Source: an uncultured Actinomycetota bacterium
GTDB lineage: Bacteria > Actinomycetota > Actinomycetes > CAVWCF01
DNA length: 64,000 nucleotides
NCBI GenBank assembly: GCA_963818455.1
Contig: CAWFSE010000001.1
Location: 75,959 to 139,958 of the forward strand
Direction: 5' to 3'
Below the pieces are notes generated by a model. That model was not told where the DNA came from, did not search any database, and saw only the letters and a list, made by a program, of their open reading frames with translations. Both the position numbers and the translations under genes were made by a program. Shown here in pieces: positions 1 through 8,500 of the stretch (the stretch's first letter is position 1; each line of letters opens with the position of its first letter).

Positions 1-406
1 TCGGCCCGCACCTGATCCGCGGACGGGCCAGCCGGCCGCGGGTGGCCGCCGCGGCGTACCTCGGCATGGGGGTCGCGGTGCTCGCGCTGGCGGCGCCCGT
101 CCTCGCCGGGGCGGGCGCGGGCTACCTGCGTCGTCTACCTGCTGATCGGCGTGCAGGGGCCGCTCACGTCCACCCTGCTGCACGACGAGGTCCCCGACTC
201 CACCCGCAGCACGATGCTGTCGATGGAGTCGCTCGCGCTGATGGCCGGCGGGGTGGCCGCCAGCGCGGGGCTCGGCGCCGCGGCGGCGGCCTTCGGCGTG
301 CCGCCCGTGCTCGTCGCGCTCGCCCTCGCGGCGGCCGCCGCCGCCCTGCTGCTGGTCGGCGCGCGGCCGACCCCGAAGGCCCGAGCCCGCGGCTCAGGAC
401 TCGTAG
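1..406 (+). CDS. MFS-type transporter, C-terminal part (5' end outside the window); frame-disrupted
   Basis: TM-rich translation is spread over ORFs 42..488 and 151..687 (..GVQGPLTSTLLHDEVPDSTRSTMLSMESLALMAGGVAASAGLG..VLVALALAAAAAALLLVG..). There is a frame switch near 125-150. The stop is uncertain (tag 404-406 lies in the third frame). Confidence 0.4.
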
Positions 407-675
407 TCGACGACCACCCGCGCGTCGAGCAGCGGCCGCAGCCAGCCGCCGAACGCCTCGTGCACCGGGTGGCCCTGGTAGGCCTTGAGCTCGTCGACCG
501 ACTCGTGCGTCGTCGTGAGCGCCAGGTCGTACGACACCGGCGAGCCGACGACGTCGAGGCCGACGTGCAGCGAGCGGATCTGCGGGATGTCCGGGGCCAG
601 CGCCTCGAGGCGGGCCTTGGCCTCCTCGCGGTTGGCGGGGTCGGCGAACTTCATCAGCACGACGTGGGTGATCAC
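394..675 (-). CDS. Dabb-family stress-responsive alpha/beta-barrel protein
   Basis: ORF 394..729. VITHVVLMKFADPANREEAKARLEALAPDIPQIRSLHVGLDVVGSPVSYDLALTTTHESVDELKAYQGHPVHEAF is the Dabb pattern. GTG 673-675 follows AGGAGG by 4 nt. Confidence 0.8.
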   Translation of the reverse strand: MITHVVLMKFADPANREEAKARLEALAPDIPQIRSLHVGLDVVGSPVSYDLALTTTHESVDELKAYQGHPVHEAFGGWLRPLLDARVVVDYES

Positions 676-761
676 GAGGCCTCCTAGGGTCGGTCTGCCG
701 AAGTGTAGGGTTGTGGAACGGCGTTTCACTTTTCGCCCCGCGCCCAGCTGAGGAGCCAGCC

Positions 762-1668
762 GTGCCCGACGTCACGATCGTCGAGGTCGCCGCCCGCGAC
801 GGCCTGCAGAACGACCCGGCCGACCTGACCACCGCGCAGAAGGTCGAGCTGATCGAGCGCTGCGTCGACGCGGGCCTCACCCGGCTCGAGGTCGCCTCGT
901 ACGTCAACCCGCAGCGGGTGCCGCGGATGGCCGACGCCGAGGCCGTGGTCGCCGCGCTCCCGCGGCGCGACGGCGTCTCGTACATCGGGCTGGTCCTCAA
1001 CGTGCGCGGCTTCGAGCGCGCGGCGCAGACCGCGATCCACGAGGTCAACTGCGTCGTCGTCTCGTCCGACACCTTCGCCCAGCGCAACCAGGGGATGACC
1101 ACCGAGCAGACCGTCGAGGTGGTCGAGGCCGTCGCGCCGCTGGCCCGCGCGGCCGGGCTCGTGCCGACCGTCACGCTCGCCGCGTCGTTCGGCTGCCCGT
1201 ACGAGGGCGAGGTCCCGATCGCGCGCACCGTCGCGCTGGCCGAGCGGCTGGCCGCCAGCGGCGTCGAGGAGATCGCGCTGGCCGACACCATCGGCGTGGG
1301 CGTCCCGCCCGACGTCCGCCGCCGGGTCGAGGCGGTCCGCGCCGTGACCGGCGACCTGCGGCTGCGCGCGCACTTCCACAACACCCGCAACACCGGCTAC
1401 GCCAACGCCCTGGCCGCCGTCGAGGCGGGCGTGACCGTCCTCGACTCCAGCCTCGGCGGGATCGGCGGCTGCCCGTTCGCCCCCAAGGCCACCGGCAACA
1501 TCGCCACCGAGGACCTCGTCTACCTGCTGGAGCGCTCCGGCTACCGCACCGGCGTCGACTTCGACGCGCTCGTCGGCCGCCAGCGACTGGCTCGGCGAGC
1601 AGGTCGGCCGGCCCACCCCCGCCCTGGTCAGCAAGGCCGGCGGCTTCCCGAAGGGAGACGCGGCGTGA
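762..1668 (+). CDS. HMGL-like lyase (hydroxymethylglutaryl-CoA lyase family TIM barrel); one frameshift
   Basis: GTG 762 follows AGGAG. VPDVTIVEVAARDGLQN...HFHNTRNTGYANALAAVEAGVTVLDSSLGGIGGCPFAPKATGNIATEDLVYLLE is the HMGL-like signature. The C-terminus ..WLGEQVGRPTPALVSKAGGFPKGDAA* is in the +1 frame (an apparent extra C near 1577). Stop 1666-1668 overlaps the next GTG. Confidence 0.85.
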
Positions 1669-3424
1669 GCGCCCCGACCCAGGCCCCCGTCGTCGTACGC
1701 GCGGTCGACGGCCCCGAGCCGGCCGCGGGCCACCTGCGGGTGGCGGCCGTGCAGTTCGCCGCGGGCACCGACGTCGACGACAACCTGGCGACCTGCCTGC
1801 GGATGATCGACGCCGCCGCGGCCGAGGGCGCCCGGGTCATCGTGCTGCCCGAGTTCGCCCACCACGTGTCCTGGTACGACGACCGCGACCACGCCCGGCG
1901 GATGGCGATCACCACCGACGGGCCGTTCGCCGCCGCGATCGGCCAGCGCGCCAAGCAGCACGGCGCCTGGGTGATGCTCAACGCCGTCGTCGCCCGCGCC
2001 GACGGCCGCTCGACCGGCAGCAACCTGCTGTTCTCCCCCGACGGCGAGCTCGTCGCCACCAGCGACAAGCAGGTGCTGATGGGCAGCGAGCGCGACCACA
2101 TCGACGACGCGCTCGAGGCCGGGCCGGTCGTCGAGACGCCGGTGGCCCGCTTCGGCATGTACTCCTGCATGGACGGCGTCATCAACGAGACGCCGCGCGG
2201 CCTGGCGCTGCGCGGGGCGCAGGTGCTGCTCAACTCGCTGAACTCCTTCGCCCGCGACGAGGGCAACCTGCACATCCCGGTGCGGGCGCCGGAGAACCGG
2301 GTCTGGATCGTGGCGGCCAACAAGGTCGGCCCGCTCATCCCGCCGGACCGCATCGAGGCCGTCTCGCAGGCCGTCGGCGTCCCGGTCGAGATGCTGCACG
2401 GCGCCGGCGACAGCCAGGTCGTGGCCCCCGACGGCACCGTGGTGGCCATGGCGCCGCCCACCGGCGAGGCCGTCGTCGTCGCCGACATCGACGTCGCGCT
2501 CGCCGACGACAAGCGCCGCCCGGACGGCACCGACGTGTACGCCGCGCGCCGCCCCTCGCTGTACGCCCCGCTCGCCGAGGCCCCCCGCGGGCGGGTCGAG
2601 CCGGCCGGCGCCGAGCGGCTGCGCGCCGCCCTGGTCCAGCCTGCCGCCGACGGCGAGGCCGCGATCGCCGAGGCCGCCGCGCTGGTCGCCGACGCCGTGG
2701 CGCAGGGCGCCGAGCTGATCGTGCTGCCCGAGCTGTTCTGCTTCGAGGGCGCCTCGGTCGACGTTCCCGCCGCCGAGGCCGCCGCCCGCGGCCGACGCGG
2801 CGATCGCCGCGCTGGCCGCGGCGCTGGCCGGATCGGGCGCCCACGCCGTCACCTCGCTGCCGCGAGGCGCCGCGCACGCGGCCGTGCTCGTCGGCGCCGA
2901 CGGGCGTGGTGGCCACCCAGGGCCAGCTGCACGCCACGGCCCGCCACCCCTGGGCCACCGACCTCGCCGACGACCTGGCCGTCCAGGTGCTGCCCTGGGG
3001 GCGGCTCGCGCTCGTCGTCGGCGACGACGCGGTCTACCCCGAGACGTTCCGGCTCGCGGCCCTCGCCGACGCCGACGTCGTCGCCCTGCCGTTCCACGCC
3101 CAGGAGCCCTGGGAGCTGGAGACCGGCCTGCTCGAGCGGGCGGCCGAGAACCGGGTCAACCTGGCCGCGGCCAGCCGCCCGACGCCGGCCGGGGCCAGCA
3201 TCGCGGTGCCGCTGAGCGGGGAGTTCACGCTGTGGTCGCCGAGCCGCACGAGGCCCTTCGACGGCGTGATCTCGCGGCCCGAGCCGGTGCTCGCCGACGC
3301 CGCCGATCGGGTGACGCTCGTCGACCTCAGCCCGGCCCAGGCGGTCAACCGGATGGTCTCCAAGGGCACCGACCTGGTCGACGGCCGGCCCTGGAACCTG
3401 CTCGACGCCCATCTCACCACCTGA
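1665..3424 (+). CDS. Tandem carbon-nitrogen hydrolase (nitrilase-superfamily) protein, two CN-hydrolase domains; frame-disrupted
   Basis: Starts at GTG 1665 (VSAPTQ..). Domain 1 has the Glu/Lys/Cys triad contexts VIVLPEF, SDKQVLMG and GMYSCMDG. Domain 2 (from ~2620, AELIVLPELF..) runs through frame switches at ~2790 and ~2905 into ORF 2906..3424 (..LALVVGDDAVYPETF..ENRVNLAAAS..). Confidence 0.75.
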
Positions 3425-3511
3425 GAAGGATTCCGTGGTTTCTCGCACATCCTGCTTAGAGGGTGGGAAGAATCGGGACTATGGTCCCTACGGTCGGGCG
3501 GGTTCGACCCG

Positions 3512-3540
3512 TTGACTCCACCCACACCCCATCGTAGAGT
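3512..3540 (+). promoter_or_regulatory. Sigma70-like promoter of the 3594-10814 operon
   Basis: TTGACT (3512-3517), a 17 nt spacer, then TAGAGT (3535-3540). It is the only non-coding gap (3425-3593) ahead of a tightly packed gene string. Confidence 0.5.
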
Positions 3541-3545
3541 GGGCA

Positions 3546-3575
3546 TTCGTAACAGCGTTCCAGCCGATGGAACGC
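3546..3575. promoter_or_regulatory. Operator-like site (module A)
   Basis: TTCGTAACAGCGTTCC (3546-3561) starts 5 nt after the -10 hexamer. It overlaps the perfect inverted repeat GCGTTCCA-N5-TGGAACGC (3555-3575). It is 15/16 identical to the minus-strand sequence at 19100-19115. Confidence 0.5.
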
Positions 3576-3593
3576 GGGCGAAAGGCAGGGACC

Positions 3594-4408
3594 GTGGGCG
3601 AGACCCTCAGCACCGTCGAGCAGCTCGTCGCCGAGAGCGGCCCGGTCGACGTCACCTGGATCTACGAGCAGTGGCGCGACGAGCTCGCCAGCCTCATGCA
3701 GCTGGTGGCCGACCGCTTCGAGCTCGAGCAGGACCCCTCCACCAACGGCCTCGAGGTCGCCGGCGAGCTGGGCTCCGGCATCCACGGCCAGGTGCAGTGC
3801 TTCGCCGGCCCGGACATCGACTGGATGGTCTACAGCTGGATGGCCGACCCGAAGAACGGGTTCGCCAACCTGCACCTCACCATCTCCCCCGGCGCCCACG
3901 TCGACCTGCCGACCTTCGGCCTGGCGTTCGCCAACTTCGGCATCCGCCCGTGGGGCTTCGTCGACTCGGTGCCGCGCCGCGACCTGACGACCAACCCCGA
4001 CTACCACGACCGCTACTACGGCTCGCTCAACGAGCGCTGGCTGGAGATCCGCCGCGACAACCCCCAGCTCGACTGGTTCACCTCGCCGACCTCGTACATC
4101 CGCGCGGTCACCTCGCCCACCGCGTTCTGCTACTCCGGGCCGATGGAGCAGAAGACCGTCGACATCATCCAGGGCTACGGCCGCGAGCACCTCGAGCGCT
4201 GGATCGGCTGGTGGGACGGCGCCGAGCCGACCCCCGTCGAGGAGCCGCGCCGCGCCTGTCGGCCTACACCGAGGACGCCCGCCGCACGATCGCCGTGCTC
4301 GACCCGGCCAACTCCGTGGCGGTCCGGCTGTTCGGCCAGGACATCTGCGACTCCCTCGTCAGCGCGCTGTGGGGGGCCGACCGCACGCTCCCCCGCGCCG
4401 GCGTCTAG
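3594..4408 (+). CDS. Red chlorophyll catabolite reductase (RCCR)-like / bilin-reductase-fold protein, paralog 1; one frameshift
   Basis: ORF 3567..4556, then a frame switch (~4250) into the tail of ORF 3512..4408 (..SAYTEDARRTIAVLDPANSVAVRLFGQDICDSLVSALWG..*). Blocks DIDWMVYSWMADP, VPRRDLTTNPDYHDRYYG and SPTSYIRAVTSPTAF match my recollection of plant RCCR (ACD2). Paralogous to 6787..7551 and 23418..24296. GTG 3594 (after AAAGGCAGGG) is preferred over ATG 3567. Confidence 0.65.
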
Positions 4409-4428
4409 GCCGCGGAGACCACACGCCG

Positions 4429-5439
4429 ATGACCCGCATGGTGCGTTCGCTCTGGGGCGCCGCGCGCGTGCCCGGCGCGGACGCCGCCGTACGACACCGC
4501 GCACCTGCGGGTCTTCTACCCGGCGCTGCGCGAGGACACCCACGACGAGCGGATGACGGGCGTCATGCGCCCCGACCCCGCGGCCGCGCCCTTCCCGGTG
4601 GCGGTGATCCTGCCCGGCGTCAACGTCGGGCAGGACGCCTACCGCTGGCTCGCGATCCGGCTCGCCGAGGCGGGCATCGCCGCCGTCACGTACGACCTGG
4701 TCGGCGCGCTCACGCCCGGCCTCGTCGGCGTGAGCCCCGGGCCTCGACCTGGCCGCCGTCGCCCCTGACGCGTACGGCACGCCGGCCCACCGCCCCGGCC
4801 ATCCAGGCCGTCCTCGACGGGGTGGCCGCGCTGGCCGCCGAGGGCGCGCTCGGCCGGGCGCCCTCGACCTCGACCGGATCGCGCTCATCGGCCACTCGGC
4901 CGGCGGCACCGTGGTCCTGCAGTCGGCCGCGACCCGGTGGTACCCCGGGCTGCGCGCGGCCGTCGTCTACGGCGCGCACACCCAGCCCGCCCAGGTGCTC
5001 GGCTACGACGCCGGCGCGATCCTGGCCTCCCCGGTCGACGTCCCGCTGCTGCTCATGCACGGCACCGAGGACGGCATCATGGCCGCCTCGCGCGGTGCGC
5101 TACGGCCAGGAGTCCGGCGCCCGCGTCGACCCCGTCGAGCGCACCTACGACGAGGCCACGGCCGCGTGCCCCGACGCCTGGCTGCTGCACCTTCAAGGGC
5201 GCCAACCACTTCGCCATCGGCCACCCGCACGACACCACGTCGGCGCGCGGGTTCCTCGACGGCGAGCCCACCACCGACCCGGCCGCCACCCGCGAGGCCC
5301 TGGCGGCCGTCGTCATCGACTTCCTCGTCCGCGCACCTGCTCCCTGGCGACGAGGCGGCCCACGCGGCTGAGCGACTCGCTGATCTGCCCACCGCCCCGC
5401 CGCACCGAGATCGCCACCGTCCGACGCCGCACCGTCTGA
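4429..5439 (+). CDS. Alpha/beta-fold serine hydrolase, chlorophyllase/dienelactone-hydrolase-like layout; heavily frame-disrupted
   Basis: ATG 4429 has GGAG 11 nt upstream. Reconstructed sequence: ..PYDTAHLRVFYPA..PFPVAVILPGVNVGQDAYRWLAIRLAEAGIAAVTYD..LDRIALIGHSAGGTVVLQSA..VPLLLMHGTEDG..FKGANHFAIGHP.. This needs at least 5 frame switches (ORFs 4369, 4553, 4911, 4937). The GHSAGG nucleophile elbow is followed by Asp and His in order. The 3' end is uncertain (5371 or 5439). Confidence 0.6.
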   Translation: MTRMVRSLWGAARVPGADAAVRHRAPAGLLPGAARGHPRRADDGRHAPRPRGRALPGGGDPARRQRRAGRLPLARDPARRGGHRRRHVRPGRRAHARPRRREPRASTWPPSPLTRTARRPTAPAIQAVLDGVAALAAEGALGRAPSTSTGSRSSATRPAAPWSCSRPRPGGTPGCARPSSTARTPSPPRCSATTPARSWPPRSTSRCCSCTAPRTASWPPRAVRYGQESGARVDPVERTYDEATAACPDAWLLHLQGRQPLRHRPPARHHVGARVPRRRAHHRPGRHPRGPGGRRHRLPRPRTCSLATRRPTRLSDSLICPPPRRTEIATVRRRTV

Positions 5440-5460
5440 CCTCACGAGGAGACACCCCCC

Positions 5461-6790
5461 ATGCTCAAGAACCTCTGGTACGCCGTGGAGTTCAGCCACG
5501 CGGTCACCAACAAGCCGCTGAAGATGCAGTGCCTCGGCCAGCACTTCGTGCTGTGGCGCGACCGCAAGGGCGAGGTCTCCTGCCTGTCCGACCTGTGCGT
5601 GCACCGCGGCGGCTCGCTCGCCGGCGGCTGGCTCACCCCCGACGAGCGACTGCATCGTCTGCCCGTACCACGGCTGGGAGTTCGAGGGCGACGGCGCCTG
5701 CTCGCGCATCCCCGCCCAGCCCGCAGCGCGGCATCCCGAAGAAGGCCCGCGTCGACTCGTACCCGGTCAAGGAGAAGTACGGCCTGGTCTTCGTCTTCCT
5801 CGGCGACCTGCCCGAGGAGGAGCGCCCGCCGATGCCGGACATCCCCGAGCTCGAAGACGAGACCATGGCGCGCGTCTACGGCGAGTACAACTGGAACGTC
5901 AACTACGAGCGGGCCATGGAGAACGCCATGGACCCCTCGCACGCGCCGTACGTCCACGGCAACCGCTTCGGCAACCCCGACAAGCCCGAGGTGGCCGACT
6001 TCGACGTCGTGCTCACCGAGTGGTCCGGCCTGGCCGACATCCCGCTCTACCCGCCGCCCGGCAACCCCAAGGGCGCCTGGGGCAAGCTGCTTCCGCAAGT
6101 CCGACGGGCCCGAGCGGCGAGCCGGTCATGGTCAACACGCGCGCCGGCTTCTTCCTGCCGAACATGAACATCCTGCACGTGCACCTGCCGTTCGGGAACC
6201 TCATCCTGATCGACGCCAACGTGCCGATCGACGAGCACCGCACCCGCTCGCTGTTCATCGGCCTGCGCGACTTCATCAAGGGCAAGTGGGCCGACAAGGA
6301 CGCCATCAAGCGCATCCAGTACATCTTCGAGCAGGACGACGCCGTCATCTCGCTGCAGCGCCCCGAGCTGCTGCCGTTCGACCTGACCGACGAGATGCAC
6401 GTGCGCTCCGACGCGCTGCAGGTCGCCTACCGCCGCCGCCGCAACCAGCTGATCGAGGCCGGCTGGGGCATCGACACCCACCAGATCGTCGGCGACGGCC
6501 CGCGCGACCTCGCCGTGGTCATCCCCTCGCCGGCCCGCAAGAACAACCCCGAGCTGGCCAACGCGTGGGTCCACAAGGAGGTCGAGTCGGCGAAGATCCG
6601 CAGCAAGCGGACCATCGGCGGCGACGCGGCCTTCGAGAAGGTCGAGGGCCGCGCGCTCAGCCTCGGCGAGGGGTCGATCGACGCCGCGCCGCCGGAGCAC
6701 ATGGAGAAGTCCGCCGACGACGTCGAGCTGCCCAACCCGCACGCGGGCAACGGCAACGGCTCGGCGCCCTCGAACGGCGCCGGCGCGTGA
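5461..6790 (+). CDS. Rieske [2Fe-2S] non-heme-iron oxygenase, PAO/Tic55/VanA-like class; frame-disrupted
   Basis: ATG 5461 follows GAGGAG. CVHRGGSL and DCIVCPYHGWEF supply the Rieske ligands. ENAMDPSHAPYVHG fits E-x3-D-x2-H-x4-H. The C-terminal region reads ..IFEQDDAVISLQRPELLP..SDALQVAYRRRRN.. Pieces lie in ORFs 5461.., 4911..6167 and 6020..6790 (at least 3 frame switches). Confidence 0.8.
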
Positions 6791-7551
6791 GCGAGCGGCT
6801 CGCCCACGCGCTCTGCCTGCGCACGATCCAGCGGATCGTCGACCGCTCCGGCGTCAAGGAGGTCTCGGGTGAGGACGGCGGCCCGTTCGCCGTCCTCACC
6901 TCGAAGCTGGGCCCGGAGCCCACGCCCACCGGCGAGGTGCGGATCTGGCTCGGCGACGGCCCGGTCGAGAAGGTCGTCTACGCCGGCATCTGGAACGACG
7001 TCATCGGCCTCGACAGCCACATGGTCTACGCGTTCACCGCGCCCGACAGCGCCGTCCCGCACTTCACGCTGGACTCCGTCTACGGCCACGGCTACTACGC
7101 GTTCCACCTCGACCTCACCCCGCGGGCCGACCTCGGCGCCAACCTCGCCTACATCGACGAGGTGTTCATGCCGCTGCAGGAGATGTACGACGAGACGCGC
7201 GCCCTCGAGGGCCTCACCGAGCCGGCCATCGGCCCGCGCCAGCGGGCGATGATGTCGCCGTGGATGCTGGTCTCCCGCTCCGAGGAGGCCACCTACCGCA
7301 AGCTCGACGCGCCGGTGAACACCTACCTCGACCACTGGTTCTCCCTCGCCGAGGGCGGCGTCTCGCAGGCCACCCTGGACAGCCTCGAGGGGGCCAGCCT
7401 CGCCGAGCGCGACGTGCTCAACCGCGGCAACATCTTCAGCCGCGAGGTCGACGCCGTCTGGGACCAGATCACCCCGCTGATCGGCCGCGAGGACGGCGAG
7501 CTGATCCGCCTCAACCTGCTCGCCAACGAGCTCGTGCAGAAGGAGTCCTAA
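6787..7551 (+). CDS. RCCR-like / bilin-reductase-fold protein, paralog 2 (intact)
   Basis: 254 uninterrupted codons from GTG 6787, which forms a GTGA overlap with the oxygenase stop. ..VPHFTLDSVYGHGYYAFHLDLTPRADLGANLAYIDEVF.. and ..NIFSREVDAVWDQITPLIG.. align with paralogs 1 and 3. Confidence 0.6.
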   Translation: MSERLAHALCLRTIQRIVDRSGVKEVSGEDGGPFAVLTSKLGPEPTPTGEVRIWLGDGPVEKVVYAGIWNDVIGLDSHMVYAFTAPDSAVPHFTLDSVYGHGYYAFHLDLTPRADLGANLAYIDEVFMPLQEMYDETRALEGLTEPAIGPRQRAMMSPWMLVSRSEEATYRKLDAPVNTYLDHWFSLAEGGVSQATLDSLEGASLAERDVLNRGNIFSREVDAVWDQITPLIGREDGELIRLNLLANELVQKES

Positions 7552-8500
7552 GTGGGCGAGCAGCAGCCCAGCGAGTGGCAGAAGAAGATCACCGGCGAGT
7601 GGTACGGCCGGCCGAGCGTCTTCGACCCCGACGGCAACCACGTCGGCTACGAGCGGGTCAGCCGGGCCAGCGTCTTCGAGGACGGCAAGACCCGCTACTG
7701 GATGAAGACCGACCTGTCCGACGTGCGCGGGGCGATCCGCAACCGCTTCGAGCTCGGCGCGCAGTTCGACTTCTCGGTGATCGACAGCGACATCAACCGG
7801 GTCTACATGGGCCCGGACTTCTACGGCACCGGCCAGCCGTACGGCACCTTCGTCGACAGCCACTACTACTCGACCGGGTGGGAGGCCGACCTGCGTCACC
7901 TGGAACCACATCCTCGCCGACGGCGAGACCCAGGTGTACTCCTCGGTGCTGCACGACGGCTGGACCACGTGCGCGGTCTTCAACGGCGTCTACAAGGTCG
8001 CCCAGGACTACGACACCAACCCCGAGACCAAGGCCCGCATCGACGCGTGGATCGACGCCGAGGAGAAGCGCGGCTCGGCGCCGCACGTGCTGCCCACCAA
8101 GCAGACCGGGCGCTGGACCGGCGTCTTCGAGGTCTACGGGCCCGACCAGAAGCTCATCGGCAACACCCTGGTGACCGTCGAGCACGAGCCGCTGTCGCTG
8201 GTGCGCTACCGGCAGACCACCACCTGGGAGGGCGTGGTCAACCGCCGCTACACCGTCGAGCGCACCCGCCACGCCAACAACTGGACGTACGACGGGCCGG
8301 ACCAGTTCGGCAACGCCCGCGCGTACGGCCGCGCGCTCTACGTCTCGCAGCACTTCACCGGCCCGGACGTCTGGAAGATCAAGGGCCGCGAGTTCCTGCT
8401 CGACGAGTCGCTGCAGATGGCCGTGACCTGGATGGCGTACGAGGGCAGCGTGCTCACCTACATCATGCACGGCCTGCTCGAGTGGACGGCTGACGCCTGA
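7552..8500 (+). CDS. Hypothetical protein made of two similar halves (possible tandem beta-barrel/calycin-like repeats); one frameshift
   Basis: GTG 7552 directly follows TAA 7549-7551. A frame switch at ~7890 leads into ORF 7934..8500. Each half opens with G-x-W-x-G (GEWYGRPSVFDPDGN and GRWTGVFEVYGPDQK). I recognised no family. Confidence 0.55.

Noticed and set aside
164-2852. Long minus-strand ORFs 164..1393 (409 aa) and 726..2852 (708 aa), antisense to the Dabb, HMGL and CN-hydrolase genes.
   Set aside because: The translations are Arg/Gly/Ala/Pro-rich with no recognisable motifs. The opposite strand carries clear family signatures. These are typical stop-poor alternative frames of high-GC DNA.
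711-3215. The 834-aa ORF, which looks like an HMG-CoA-lyase/nitrilase fusion protein.
   Set aside because: The lyase C-terminus and its stop (1666-1668) are visible in the +1 frame after a single-base indel near 1577. The nitrilase part starts at its own GTG 1665 in a GTGA overlap. This is a read-through artefact, not a fusion.
7552-8500. The possibility that the unknown duplicated protein is the missing Mg-dechelatase (SGR/NYE homologue).
   Set aside because: I see no resemblance to the Staygreen-domain sequence as I remember it. Its internal duplication and G-x-W-x-G openings point to a different, barrel-like fold. I leave it as unknown.
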